Part shown: in pieces, positions 19,445 to 31,800 of the stretch
Layout: each line of letters opens with the position of its first letter
Position numbering within the stretch: the stretch's first letter is position 1
IMG/VR virus record: IMGVR_UViG_3300010297_000002
Location: 9,250 to 73,249 of that record
DNA: 64,000 nucleotides
From: a virus
Reading direction: 5' to 3' (one strand)
Made by a program: the position numbers and the translations under genes
The notes under the pieces: generated by a model
Seen by the model: the letters and a program-made list of their open reading frames with translations, nothing else
Told to the model about the DNA's origin: nothing
Databases searched by the model: none

Positions 19445-22400
19445 ATGATTATTAATGTTCGGGATGTCCTAAAACCAGAAGTAATGCCGGGTAGGGGAGA
19501 TTTTTTAAAAGAAGTCGCGAGAGAGGAAATGGTAGAGCCTTGGATGGATGAGATGACCTTCCTGCTTCTCAACGACATGGACGAGATAGTAGATTATTTT
19601 GAATCAGCGTTATCCACGGCGGAGTACATCGCAATCGACTCGGAAACTACAGGACTTAACGTGCGGACTGCGGAGATCGTAGGTCTTTCTTTTTCTTACA
19701 GGGATAAGGAGTGTGCTTACATTCCTTTGAATCATAATTTTGGGCTGAACGCTCCCTACGGTCGATTTATGGATTTTTTCAGGTCGATCATACCCAAGAC
19801 CAAGTGGGTTTTTTACAACGCTAAGTACGATGCTGAGGTTTTTCATTTTAATGGAATCCATATGAAGGCTGGTGAGAATTTCGAAGATGCGATGCTCGCC
19901 GTCTGCCTCCATGACTCTAATGATGCCCAGGGTAAAGGACTGAAGACGGCTTCTAAAATTTATCTTCAGCGTAAGATGATTGAGTTTAAGAACGTGGCTG
20001 GGGTCGAGGGCGTAGATGACGACGATATGGTCGGGGAAGGATTTAAGAACGCGAAGTTGGAGGAAGCTTGTTTATACGCAGCTTCAGATGCTCTTAATAC
20101 TCGTGATCTGTACGAGATGTTCAAATACGTAAAGGAAGAGCAGAAGATCATCTATGAAATGGAGACTGAGCTTATCGATGTGGTTCGTGAGATGGAGCGG
20201 AACGGTGTTGCTATCGATGTTCCTTATTTCAAAACGTTGGAGCGGAGAATTAGTTCAAAGATGGAGAGGATTAAGCAAGAGGTTTATAGCAAATGTAATG
20301 TGGAGTACGGAGCGTTTAATATAGACTCGGGCCCTCAGGTTGGTCGTGTTTTCTTCGAGGATCTTGGAATCGAGAACCCCTTCAAGACAGATAAGGGTAA
20401 GTACAAAACTGACGAGAAAACCATGCTAAAGCTCGCAGAAACCTCGGGTAATGATGTTCTTCTCAGTTATCGGGACTATAAGAAGGTCCAGAAGTTGATG
20501 AGCAATTACGTAACTCCCTACATCCAAGATCTAGATCTAAAGATTGGATATGTGGCATTCAAGCAATTCTCTATCTCCACGGGTAGATTCGGAGGAGGAG
20601 GGGGAAAAGCTCTTTCCCACTACCTGCCTGGAGTTAATCCTCAGAATATCCCGGCCATTCGTCCTAAGAAGGGTCAGAAGGTTCGGAAGATAAAGGTAGC
20701 TCGTCAGGAAGACATGCCCGAGGATCATTACTGTTACGAGTACATCTTCGACGGCAAGGACGGCATCTATTGTACAAGAACAGATTGTTCGGGATGTCCA
20801 TTTGAATCAACGTGCGAGAACGAGCTCTTAGAAGATATTGAGATTGATACTTCTCCAAACATCCGCCGAGGTTTCATTGCTCGTGATCCGGATAACTACA
20901 TTTTTACTATCGATTTCTCGGGAGTGGAATTGAGGATGGCCGCCAACCTCTCTAAGGAGCCGAAGTGGATTGATTCGTTCATAAACGGAGACGGGGATCT
21001 TCACATGCTTTCGGCCATGAACATTTTTAAGAAGCCTGCGAAGCAGATCTCCAAAGCGGAGCGATCCTTGGGCAAGACGGTTAATTTTCTCGCCCTCTAC
21101 GGAGGTGGTCCTTTTGGTTTGAGTCAACAGGCCAAGATACCGGAGGATGAAGCAGCCAGGGTTTTAAAGAATTATTGGGAAGGTATCCCAATGGTGGACG
21201 ATCTTCGTAAACAGGTTTGGAAGGAAGCTGAGACTCGTCATGCGGCATTCACTAAACTAGGTCGGAAGCGTCCTATGCCCGCCTTTAAATTAGATCCCCA
21301 GAGGGCAGAGACTCGTGAAGAGCAAAAGGATATTCGAAAGGCTCAAAGTGCTGCTAAGCGGGAGGCGTTTTCTCATAAGATTCAAGGATCTTCTGCGGAT
21401 CTTATGAAGATGGCCATGCTTCGTTGCAGCCGTAGGATTAAGAAGAATGGGTGGGAAGATAAACTTATGATCCTTCTTACTGTACACGACGAATTGGTTT
21501 TTGAGTGCCATAAGGACATTATTTTTGACGCGATGCGTGAGATGTCAGAGTGTATGCAAGTACCGTTCCCCGATTTTGAAGTTCCTTTTATCACTGATAT
21601 CGAATTTTCAGATCACGTTAAATCTAATTGGGGGATGACCACAGAATGTCGTATTTATGACGATGGTAATGTTTACCCCACTAAGCTCATGAAACAAGCA
21701 GCCGACGCTAAGATGACAGTACCGGAGTATCTCCACTCGACTGGTGGAGAAGTCCGACCCCCGGTTACCCCAGGTTACTCTGATAAGGTGGTCAGCTACT
21801 CAGGAGATGTTACCGAGGAGAGTAAGGAAGTAGTTGAGGTTGAACCTGAGAAGGAGTTTCCTTTTTACCAAAAGACAGATGCTGAGATCTTAAAGTTTAT
21901 CAAAGAGAACTCGATCAAGGTTGATGTCCTTGCCGAAGAGGTTCAAAAAGTCAAGACCTTCGCTAAGCAGGTTGTAGAGATGAAGCAATCCGAATCTCAT
22001 CACATAATCGATGGAAGTAAGCAGGTCGAGAGATTTTTCACGGGAACCCTAGGCGAAGTAGCTTTGGAAAAATTACTAGGCGTTCGCTTTGTGGATTGGT
22101 CTGTGGGGGACTCTAAGGACTTCAATGCTCCGGATTTGAAAATTCTTGGTTTGGACGCTGGAGTCAAGACCGTGGAGATTGGTAAGTTTCCCCTGATATT
22201 TAAGGAACCGAAGTATCCCGAGATCTTTATGTTTAGAGAGGGAATCAACGCTGTGTATATTCTAGGGGTGGCTTCCGTGGAGGTCCTTAAACAGTACCAG
22301 GAAGACTGTTTAGTCCTTTCACCCGAACTTCGATCCAGGGGAACCAAGTCCGGCTTCTATGGGTTGGATAAACTTAAATCCTTTTCCTCATTCGATGAGT

Positions 22401-22747
22401 TAAAGGAGGTTCTTAACTTCTCTCCAGAAGAGTCAGAGAATGCGGAGGATTCGGCTCCTAAGATCGTGGGTAAGGAGCCCAAGAGTGTTCTCCCCGGACA
22501 TAAGACTACGGAGTTTCCGAATATTAAGCTTAACCTGGATGGTAAGGAAGACCAGACCTTCGACTTTAAGAATACTCCGTTGACTCGAAGGTTAGCCCGC
22601 CAGCTTGAAGATATTTTTGAGACTATTCCAGGAGTGTCCGATGTTTTTCTGGATTTTTCCACGGATAGTCGAGAGTTGGTGCTTCATCGTCCTAAGGTTA
22701 ATCTTTCGAAGTTTCGCATTAAGTACTCGACTTTTTTCTCTAAGTGA
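19445..22747 (+). CDS. polA: Family A DNA polymerase with 3'-5' exonuclease and extra C-terminal domains
   Basis: ExoI 'IAIDSETTGL', ExoII 'YNAKYD', ExoIII 'YAASDA'; 'TGR', 'NPQNIP'; motif A 'IDFSGVELR', motif B 'RSLGKTVNFLALYG', 'IQGSSADLMK', motif C 'TVHDEL'. Confidence 0.95.
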   Translation: MIINVRDVLKPEVMPGRGDFLKEVAREEMVEPWMDEMTFLLLNDMDEIVDYFESALSTAEYIAIDSETTGLNVRTAEIVGLSFSYRDKECAYIPLNHNFGLNAPYGRFMDFFRSIIPKTKWVFYNAKYDAEVFHFNGIHMKAGENFEDAMLAVCLHDSNDAQGKGLKTASKIYLQRKMIEFKNVAGVEGVDDDDMVGEGFKNAKLEEACLYAASDALNTRDLYEMFKYVKEEQKIIYEMETELIDVVREMERNGVAIDVPYFKTLERRISSKMERIKQEVYSKCNVEYGAFNIDSGPQVGRVFFEDLGIENPFKTDKGKYKTDEKTMLKLAETSGNDVLLSYRDYKKVQKLMSNYVTPYIQDLDLKIGYVAFKQFSISTGRFGGGGGKALSHYLPGVNPQNIPAIRPKKGQKVRKIKVARQEDMPEDHYCYEYIFDGKDGIYCTRTDCSGCPFESTCENELLEDIEIDTSPNIRRGFIARDPDNYIFTIDFSGVELRMAANLSKEPKWIDSFINGDGDLHMLSAMNIFKKPAKQISKAERSLGKTVNFLALYGGGPFGLSQQAKIPEDEAARVLKNYWEGIPMVDDLRKQVWKEAETRHAAFTKLGRKRPMPAFKLDPQRAETREEQKDIRKAQSAAKREAFSHKIQGSSADLMKMAMLRCSRRIKKNGWEDKLMILLTVHDELVFECHKDIIFDAMREMSECMQVPFPDFEVPFITDIEFSDHVKSNWGMTTECRIYDDGNVYPTKLMKQAADAKMTVPEYLHSTGGEVRPPVTPGYSDKVVSYSGDVTEESKEVVEVEPEKEFPFYQKTDAEILKFIKENSIKVDVLAEEVQKVKTFAKQVVEMKQSESHHIIDGSKQVERFFTGTLGEVALEKLLGVRFVDWSVGDSKDFNAPDLKILGLDAGVKTVEIGKFPLIFKEPKYPEIFMFREGINAVYILGVASVEVLKQYQEDCLVLSPELRSRGTKSGFYGLDKLKSFSSFDELKEVLNFSPEESENAEDSAPKIVGKEPKSVLPGHKTTEFPNIKLNLDGKEDQTFDFKNTPLTRRLARQLEDIFETIPGVSDVFLDFSTDSRELVLHRPKVNLSKFRIKYSTFFSK

Positions 22748-22761
22748 TTGGAATTATAAAA

Positions 22762-22790
22762 GTCCGTGGGTAAGCTCACGGGTTTTTTTT
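22762..22790 (+). terminator. Intrinsic terminator after polA
   Basis: Hairpin CCGTGGG-TAAG-CTCACGG followed by G and T8. Confidence 0.8.
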
Positions 22791-22820
22791 CTTTAATAAA
22801 AGGGAGGTAATGAACCCCTT

Positions 22821-25800
22821 TTGTTCTACGGAAAATACTATATTCGGAAGGATCTGATGAAAGACCTAAATACTAAAAATCTTCGTAAAACTGTAATTGC
22901 AAACGTAGTAGATCAAGTTATGGGTAGAGACTTCTCTACTTTCTTGAAATTGAAGCCAGATTCTCAGTTAGAGGTTTTGTCCAAATTAGTTTCTGAATAT
23001 GGCCAGGATCAACGAGTTCTTGTCAAAAGAGCGGCTCTTTCGCAAATTAAATCAATGATTGGTGTGGTCGCTGCTTCTAGAGAAGAGGATGCCGCCGACC
23101 AGGGACGATTTCGGGAACGAGACGTTGATGTTCTTAATGATGTTTTTTCTTCAGAAGTCAGGGGTTTGGCCTCTCGAGCGATCTTGGACCAGAACAAGGC
23201 CCTCGCTGAGCAGCTTGATAACAAGTGGGGTTTAGGATTCTTTTCCGAGTTGGGTACAGATACCATTAAGGAGATCGTCGCTAAGTTTAAGGATTTTTGG
23301 ACAAAGACCAACTTCAATAAGCAGAAGAAAACTTCCCGTGTTTTTGACGAGAAGTTTGAGACTTTCCGAGAAGCGGTTTCCGATTATAAGGACTTAGAGG
23401 ACGAGTTTAAGGAAGCTGCGGCGAAGAGGGCCCAGATGGTTAAGGATCTTCAGACTTTTACCCAAGATCCTGAGGTTAAGCAGGAGGCTTACGATACTTT
23501 CGATGTTTATGAAAATAAAGACCTTATTCTGAAGGAGTTGAATACGTTTATCGATCGTCTGGGTAGATTTGGTATTAAGTCTCTTCTAGACTCCAAGCAA
23601 TTCGCGGCGTTTGTCGACTTTTACCAAGATGATCTTCCTGGTATTGGGGCGGCACTTTTCAAAGCCAGTTCCATTTTCGATAAAAATAAGGACTTTTTGA
23701 ATGATACTAAGGTCAAGGTTTATGACGAAGATCGTCAAGAGGCCGTAGAGTCCTCTCTATCGAAGATACTTTCTGAGAACTTTAATCGTGATATTTATTT
23801 ACTCACTCTCGACGAAAACATCAGAGAGCTTGAAGAGTATAAATCGGAGTTGAAGGACGAGGAGCCTACAGAAAGAAATCTTAAAGAACTTCGTAAAGTT
23901 GAGAAGTCCATAGAAAGTTTTAGAGCACGTCAGGAAGATCTTGAAGAGTCTAGAAGTTGGATTGTGGACGGATTAGAGAATCTGGATATTTATGGGATGA
24001 TCAAGGGAGATCTTCAGAAATTCCGAAAAAAAGCAACCGAGGAGTTTTTGGCGAAAAGAAAAGAAATTGAAGATCGTGAGCGTGTAGACTCAGATGGTAA
24101 TAAACTTCCCAGGATGGCCCCTCCTAAGTTGACCTCTCAGGACAAAAGAGAGATCGAAAAGGCAACAGAAAAATATCGAAGAAAATTATTAGAAAAGGCT
24201 CGCCAAGAGGCTACGGAGAAAGGTCTAGGTTTTCCAGAAGCAGTTCGGAAGGATCTAGGTGTCTTGAGAGAGAGCGTCAACCATATTCAAGAAACGTTAT
24301 TCGACTTTAAGAGTTATATTGAGAAATCTCGTAATAACGCCATAGATTCTCTACAGGAGATTACCAGAGGTGAGGTAGATTGGGATTCGGTTAATGCGGT
24401 CGAAGACTATGAGAGAATTCAGAATATGCTGACGAGGCGAGAGAGTACCATTCGAAAGCGTTTAGATTTTTTTGGTTATAGCGACTACCGAATCTTTATT
24501 GACCGTAGCACGGGGTACACGGCTATAACCCTGGACGGTAAAACTGTTCCAGTTCGTGATCTTATGAAAAGCATCACTAAGTCCGACCTTCTGGATAGGT
24601 ACGAAAGAGGTTCGAACTCTCCCAAAGAAAGTTTCAATGCGGATTATGATTCCACTCTTAGTGATTTGGTTTCTGAGGTTGGAGACGTTCTAGATAAGCA
24701 GGTAGAGAAAGAAGATCTTGAGGCTATGAAGTCGAAGTTTACTGAGCTCATCTCGGGGCAGAATGAGAAAGGTGAGTTGGACGAGGATTCTTCTCGTAGG
24801 GCCTTTGAATTTATGACAGACTTGAGCTCATCTCTTGCTCTCTTCGACAAAAAGGTTCAGTTGGAGGAAGCCCTGGAGCTTTCCAATAACGGCGAGAAGT
24901 CAGGTTTGGATGTTAACATAAAAGCCTTGGCTCCTGCGATCTTCAGAAAAGACAAAGCTCCTAAGAACCCAATGCTCCCCGATTTAGACGAGACCACTTA
25001 CCAAGCTTTCATGGCCAAGGTTTTTGGAATTAATGTAGACAAGCCCTTAGAGGATCTTTCTGATGAAGAAGTCCAGGCTATGTCCTTTGATCCGGTTCTT
25101 TTAAAGAAGATTTCTGACTCGGAGTCCTTTCGAGACGTTAGTAGTATGGTAACTAAGGCTCCTGGAATTCTGAAAGACCTAGAGTCTGCTGAGGAGTCTC
25201 AAATTTATCGTGAGATCCTTTCAGATGTCACTAAATCTATTAAAGCTATGGATGATGTGCGTCTAGATACCGTCGGAGGTTCCTCAGGGGGTGAGGGGAG
25301 CTCTCCCTCCGATCTCGTTCAAGATTCCATTGAAATTTTAAAAAGTGCTATTGCAGGTCTTCCTACCCAGGTATTTACTACAGAGGGTATGGAGGGTTCT
25401 AGCGTTTTCCAATCACTTAACCAAGAAGCTCTTACGTTTTTAGCAGAATCTGTAATAGATTTCCCTCAGTTCTTTAATCCAGAGACAGTGCGGGTGTTTA
25501 AAGACGATGCCGCTGCTGTCAAAGCTGCACGAGATGCTCTAGCAGCTAATTCCAAGGCTATTCGCGATCTGGAAGAGTCTAAGGGTAACAGTAAAAAATC
25601 GCATAAAAAATTAGCAGAGCCGGAACCTACCAGTTCTTTGGAAGAGTTGAGAGCAAAAACGCCTAAATTAGAGAAGGACCTGAAGGATAAGAAGAGGGTT
25701 CTTGAACAAAAACTGAAGAGTATTAATATTTTAGACTCTTTGGATTTAGGTGCTCAGGGGGCCGGGGACGCTTCTACGGTTAGGGTCTTCAGCAACATGG

Positions 25801-28800
25801 TAGAGAAGCTGCAGAAGGTGGTTTCCAATTCACTTCAAATGAAGGTTTTGGAAGAGTTGGCCGTGCTGAATAGGGATAAAATTGAGGAAAGAGCAGGACA
25901 GCTTCTTTTGATCGCCGATGCGGTTAAGACTCAAGCACAGGATTCCGACATTGCGGCCAAGTGGGCTAAGAAGCTTAAAACAGAGAAAGGCGATTCTGTT
26001 TTGGCTATGGTCAAAGAAGCTCTAGAGTACTTTAATCCGGATTCTTCCAAAGGAGATTTCGCTAAATATCTTCAGAAGTCCTCAGTCAATAATAAAGGAG
26101 AAGCGTCTCTTCCTTCGGTGTTTGCTCTAACATCCGAAGGTAAGGCTGTAGCAGGATCGGAAAGCATAAGTAAGCTTGCTGTGAGTGCTCTTATGTCTGA
26201 TGTTTTCGATGAGTCCATGAGAGACCAAGATAAGGCTGCTAAGGTTTATGATGAGATTGGTTCTTGGCAAGTCAATGCAGTCGATCCTGAAAAGGCTAAG
26301 CTTCTTAAAGATTTTCGAAGCAGTCTTGAGGATAATTTTATCAAAGAGAATAGTAGTGATTGGAGGGCTCACGAGGCTGCCAAGAAAGAAAAGTTCAAGG
26401 CTGAGAGAAAGTTGGCGAAGTCTAGTGCTGGTTTAAGTGAGCTTCGTAGGAAGCTTAAGAAGTACGCTGATCTTTTAGAGAAGGGGCCCAAGGATCAAGA
26501 GACTCTGGAGAAGAAGATTAAACGTCTCAGTAACGAGAAAGCCATGCTTAAGCGTATCGATAAGCAGAAGAATTCTATGGTTGAGCTAGAGGCACAATTT
26601 AAGGAACTGCACGCGAAGTGTGGTCCTTTAGTAGAAGCGGAGAGAGCTCATTCTACGGCCAAGAGAGAGTACGGTGAATTAGGTTCTATTCCTTCCGTGT
26701 CCTTGAGTAATGAGGATAGGAAGAACATTGAAGAGCGTAAGGCCGAGCTACGCCAGATAATGGAGGAGAACTTTACTAAGATCAAGGAGTCCAAGGAACG
26801 TGGAGATTGTTCCATAGACGAATTTAACAAGGTTTCCTCAGATTATTTTTCAAAGAAAGAAAAGCTCGAAAAATTAGAAGCAGAGTATGCTACTCGTGAG
26901 GATGCTCTTCAAAGAGCAGAATCTCAGCTTCGAAAGCTTAAATCTAGTATGGGAGCGGCTCCCGGACGCTTAAGTAAGCTGAGGGATGCGTTTGATAAAG
27001 ATAACCCCGATTCTAAACTCAGCAAACACTATCAACTCATAGATGAGAGAAATAAGGCTCGTGAGGATTATGCATCAACTTACGGGGTGATAGCTAAAGG
27101 AATGGCGGATATTGATTCCAAAGTAGAAGAGAAAAGACAATCCTTGTTTAAGGATAGAATTGCTGAGTCAGGTGTTCTCTCTTCCATACAGAATGACTTG
27201 AACGATGAATCTCTAATTGCGGATAAAATTGATGAATTGGGATTATCTTCAATTCTAGAGCCGGTCTTAGACAAGGTTCCGACGGATCTTCTAAATGTCG
27301 GCGATAGGTTCAAATTTGAAGAAGAGAATACGGGCGTTTTGAACCCGCATCCAGACGGAGGTACTATTCTATCTCCAGAGGCCTCGTCAATACTAGGGGA
27401 TCTGGTAGCTTCGAAGTTCACGACATCTCTACCAGAGAGCTCTTCTGTTCGTAGGTTTTTTGAGGATTCAATGCTGTCTTCTTCTAACTTGGATAAGTTG
27501 GATCTAGGAAAGTATGTACGGCAAACTGTCTCCAACACTGCTGTGGACTTTGCTAGAAAGGCTCAGAGAGATAAGGGTATGTCAACCAGTCTGGTTGATC
27601 GTCTTTCGGGAAATAAGAGAGGCGAGACCGCACTTATTATGGAGTTGGCTTCTGGTGAGGACGTGGAGGAGACTTTAATAAGTCAAGAGCAGGTCACTGA
27701 GGGTAAAGATCAAGCCGAGGGTATCACTGGTCAAGATGTTCTTCAGGATATTGAGAATCAGGATCAAGACCAAGAACGTGAGGATATGCTGCGGAAGCGT
27801 ACCCCCGATAAGAAAGATGAAAGCGACCTGGGAGACAGTCGTGTTGAACAGATGGTCAATGGTTTTCGTGTGGAGATGGATAGAGTTTTACCAATTCTGG
27901 CTAATGAGACGCTTTTCCTTGATAAGGGTGAGAAATTGAAAAAAGATCTAGAGAAGTTCAATATGCCTCAGTTACAGAAGGCTTTTGGGTTCACTGATCA
28001 ATCTCAGAAAAATTATGAAGAAATCTTGGCGACCAAGAGAGCTCTTTATGACCAACTAGGCAGGAACGGTTTTGTCAACTTATTCAAGAACGGGGCTAGG
28101 TTGGAGCGAGTTATAGGTAGAGGCCCATTCAAGGAGATGTCCGAAGAGATCTTTTCTTCTAAAGAAGCGTATGCTAAGACTTCACCGGTTTATATCTTGA
28201 TGAAGTACTTTATTCTTCCTTATGTCGATATCTGGATGTCCGGAGCGAGTGATCCTCAGGCTGTTCTTAAAGATAAAATCATGAAAGAAGTTGAGTCTGG
28301 GATTTTGAGCCTTTCAATGCAAAAGTCGTTTGATGAGTTTATGCAAGATCTTTCGAATAACAAAAGTTCTCAGGAGAGGGCGAAGGCCATCTTTGAAGAA
28401 GCCAACGAAGAGCTTTTAAAGTCTATTATAAATCCTAAAGAAATGAATAATTTTGTGGTCGGTAGGGTATTCAACAAAACGGATTTCTTAGCAGCACTAT
28501 CGGTGTTCAATATGCCATACATGAAGGCCCTGGTTCCTAAGGACGGTAAACTTTACTTTATTCCCGAGACGGACACCAGGGAACAATTTTTGTCCGCGAA
28601 TCCTGAAAAAGCTAAAGAGATGTTAGACTCATTAGGTTCCGACCCATCGGGTAAGTTTTATGCGAATAAATCCGCTCCAGTCATCTATGAGCTGGATTTC
28701 ACTAAGGGTATTAAGTTAAAAGAGACTAATCCTCTGTTTAAGGCCGCGATTTCTAAGGTTCGTGCAAACACAGTCGAAGATTTCATGAAGGCCCTTGATC

Positions 28801-31800
28801 CCGTATTCCAGGATTACTTCAAGGAGATCTACCAGAAAAATGTCGATAGGTTTGATAGGTCCTTTAATGTTAAAAAAGTTCTAAGTTTTGTAAAAGACTG
28901 GGAATCTCCCGATCAGAAAAAGAAAAGAAAGAAGCAAGAGGCTATCCTTCAACGTAATCTAGATATCCAAAAGATGATGGCTTTCGAGAAAATGCGTCAG
29001 ATCGCTCCCAGTTCTTATGCAGCTAAAGCGAGTGAGTATGAAAAGCTTATGAAAAAGCTTAAGGTTTCTTCATATGAAGAGCTTTTAGAAAAGTTTGATT
29101 CAGATTTCGTGAAAAACAAAGATAAAGCTGCGGTTAAAAAATTGAATGACTTCAAGACGATACGAGCTACTTTAGGCAGTGAGTGGGGCGAAGGCCTTAC
29201 TGGTAAATCACGTATAATGAATATCTCCAGAAAGATCGATAAGCATTACCGTGAGCTTATGGAAGAGTATGATAATCTTATGTTCTCCCTCATGGACGGG
29301 GAGGATCGGGGAGACTTACGTACCGTTAAGAAAGAGTTCGAGGAATTAAAAGCCCGTGTGGACTCTAAGAAGTTTCTCAAGGACACTCAGCTTTTTAAGA
29401 AAATTTATGAAAGCACAGGTCAATCTAAGAAGACTGACTTCGGTCTTAAGGACGCTTTAAAGTTCTCTGAGTACTTAAATTCCGGTTATCTCGGTAATCC
29501 GAAAGTTCTAGAAAAGTTCGGCTCATCTCTGAAGCCTGAAGATTCGAAGCAGTTTTTCAGGAGAGTGGGTCTTTTCTTTGCGACAATTAATAAGATCCAG
29601 GCGGACCCTAAGTTGAGGGACAAGCTTAGTTCAAAAATTAATAACAAGCTGAAGGGATTGGATTCCAGCCTCAATTCAAATCAAGATAAGGTAGATAGTC
29701 TGAGACTTTACTCAGAGTTTGATTTTGATTGGGATACTTATACAAAATCTCTTCGTGATTCCAAAAACCTCAAAGATCAGTACGATCGCTTTATAGAGAT
29801 GTTGAAGGACCCGAAGGCTATGGCTTCCTTTTTGGAAGTTTCCGAAGCTTCTAAAGAAAAGATCCATCAGTTCTTGTATGGTCTTATGGACCCTGAAAGT
29901 ACAAAAAATGAGATAGATGCGTATAACAGTCGTAAGGATAAGTTCGATGTTAATGTTTCTTCAGACGAAGTACAGGAGATCATGGACGCGGCTAAGTCGG
30001 GGAATCTGAGAGACAAGTTCAAGGATTTCTTCGATCTTCTTGATAGTGATCCTGAATTTAAGAGTTTTTTGTATAGATTGTCCGGCGGTTTGATGAAGGC
30101 CGCTTCTCAGTTATTGTCCAAGAAAGCTCTATTAGCCTCATTACAAGAAGACTTGATCGATGCTAAAGAATCAGGAGATGCCGATTCCGAGGCTAATGCT
30201 CAATCCCTGGTGGACAGTCAGAGAGATGAGGTCTCCAAGGCTAATGCACGTTTGGGGGCTATTAAAGAGAGAGTTTTGGCGTTGTTGAAGTCCAAGAGCG
30301 TAAAAGGTAATCATAAGGGCTTGTTGGCTTTCTTGATTTCGGATATGGATCAGATTCAAGAACAAGCTGCCGCTTATAAGGATCGATCCGATAAATTATC
30401 TTCCAATGCCAACCGGTTCAGAATGGATCTTGATAGGTACAAGATGGACTATGAAGAAGAGCGTTCTAAGTTTACTCGAGAGTTCGAGGACATTCCGGAG
30501 GATCAGGCCCGTACTGAGATTGAGTTGCAAGGAGATGCTGCGGCTCAAAAGGCTATGCGTGATGAGTTTAACCTTGCCCAGTCGGAGGTTATAAAGTTAG
30601 GCAACCAGAAGAAGAGTTTCCTGAACCAAGCCGGACCGCTCATGGATCTCTTGGAAGGCGGCGGGTCTAATGAAGCCATTAATAAGCACCGAGAAAAGTT
30701 TATGGATCAGTATAGAGGCCTTATTTTGAACTTGGATCGTTACGTTAAGGACCCGAAGACTAAGGCTGTTTTGGAGAAGCATCTCTATAACCCTGTGTTT
30801 GAGAGCTTCAATAAGGTGGCTCCTAAGGTTAAAAAGGTTCTTCAAATGTTCACTATTAAGAGCATGGAAAAGATCGCGGACTCCCTTCTATCAGATGACA
30901 AGGGCCTTAACGAGAAGGCTGCTGGGAACTTAAACTCTTTAGCGGATATTTTCGAAAAAGCTGATAAGTTTGGACCGATCTATGATCGAGAGCTTCAAAA
31001 GTACTTAGAGAATCCAGATCCTTCCAAGAATGGTGAGATAAAGAGTATTTTCGCTCTTCCAATGACTTTTGATCTAAGCACTCTACGCGATGTAAGAGGC
31101 TCGGATCTGATCCGCCAGAATTTTACAGCGAAGGCAGACAAGTTCGTAGCTAAATTGGCAGAAAAAGCAATACCTGTTTTTAATGCAAAACGCAATGAAG
31201 CCCTCGAGCAAGCCAAGTTCACACTGTTTAAGAACAATAAAGACATTCGTCCTTTCGACAAGTTGGAGAGCCTTCAGAAGGGATTAATTAATGAACTTTA
31301 CTCTTTGAATAAAAAGAAACGTGAGCATGAGGGCGAGTACTTGGAGCTCTACAATGCCCAGAAGTCTTCCGATGATCGAATAGAGGAAGGTGGATTTATG
31401 GGAGAGCTTCGAAAAAAGTTATCCGATATTTCATCTCAGATAGCTCGCAAGGAGGAAGAACTGTCTAAAGTTCGAGCGGAAATGAACCAGTACGAGGAAG
31501 CCGCAGATCTATCACTCAAAGGGGAGTTAGAGAACTTGGAGAGTGCTATAAGACCTTTCATCGGATCGACTTTTGGGAGATCCCTTTTTAAACTGGGTAA
31601 AGTTGGGGATCTCAAGAATCTTGACGAATTGGCTTCGTTTAAGTCCAAGGTTATTCCTAAGATTAACAATGCGATTAACGCCGGTAAGTGGGCTTCCGCG
31701 TATGCTCTGTATAAGGATAATCTGGATAACCTTAAGAATTATCCAGATAGTTATAAATCTTTGCGTAGAAAGTTTAAGAAGTACGCTAAAGACATCCAGC

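Noticed and set aside
19445-22747. Intein or intron in polA
   Set aside because: The insertions lack C/S-start and HN-C/S/T-end splice motifs and LAGLIDADG blocks; the frame is continuous.
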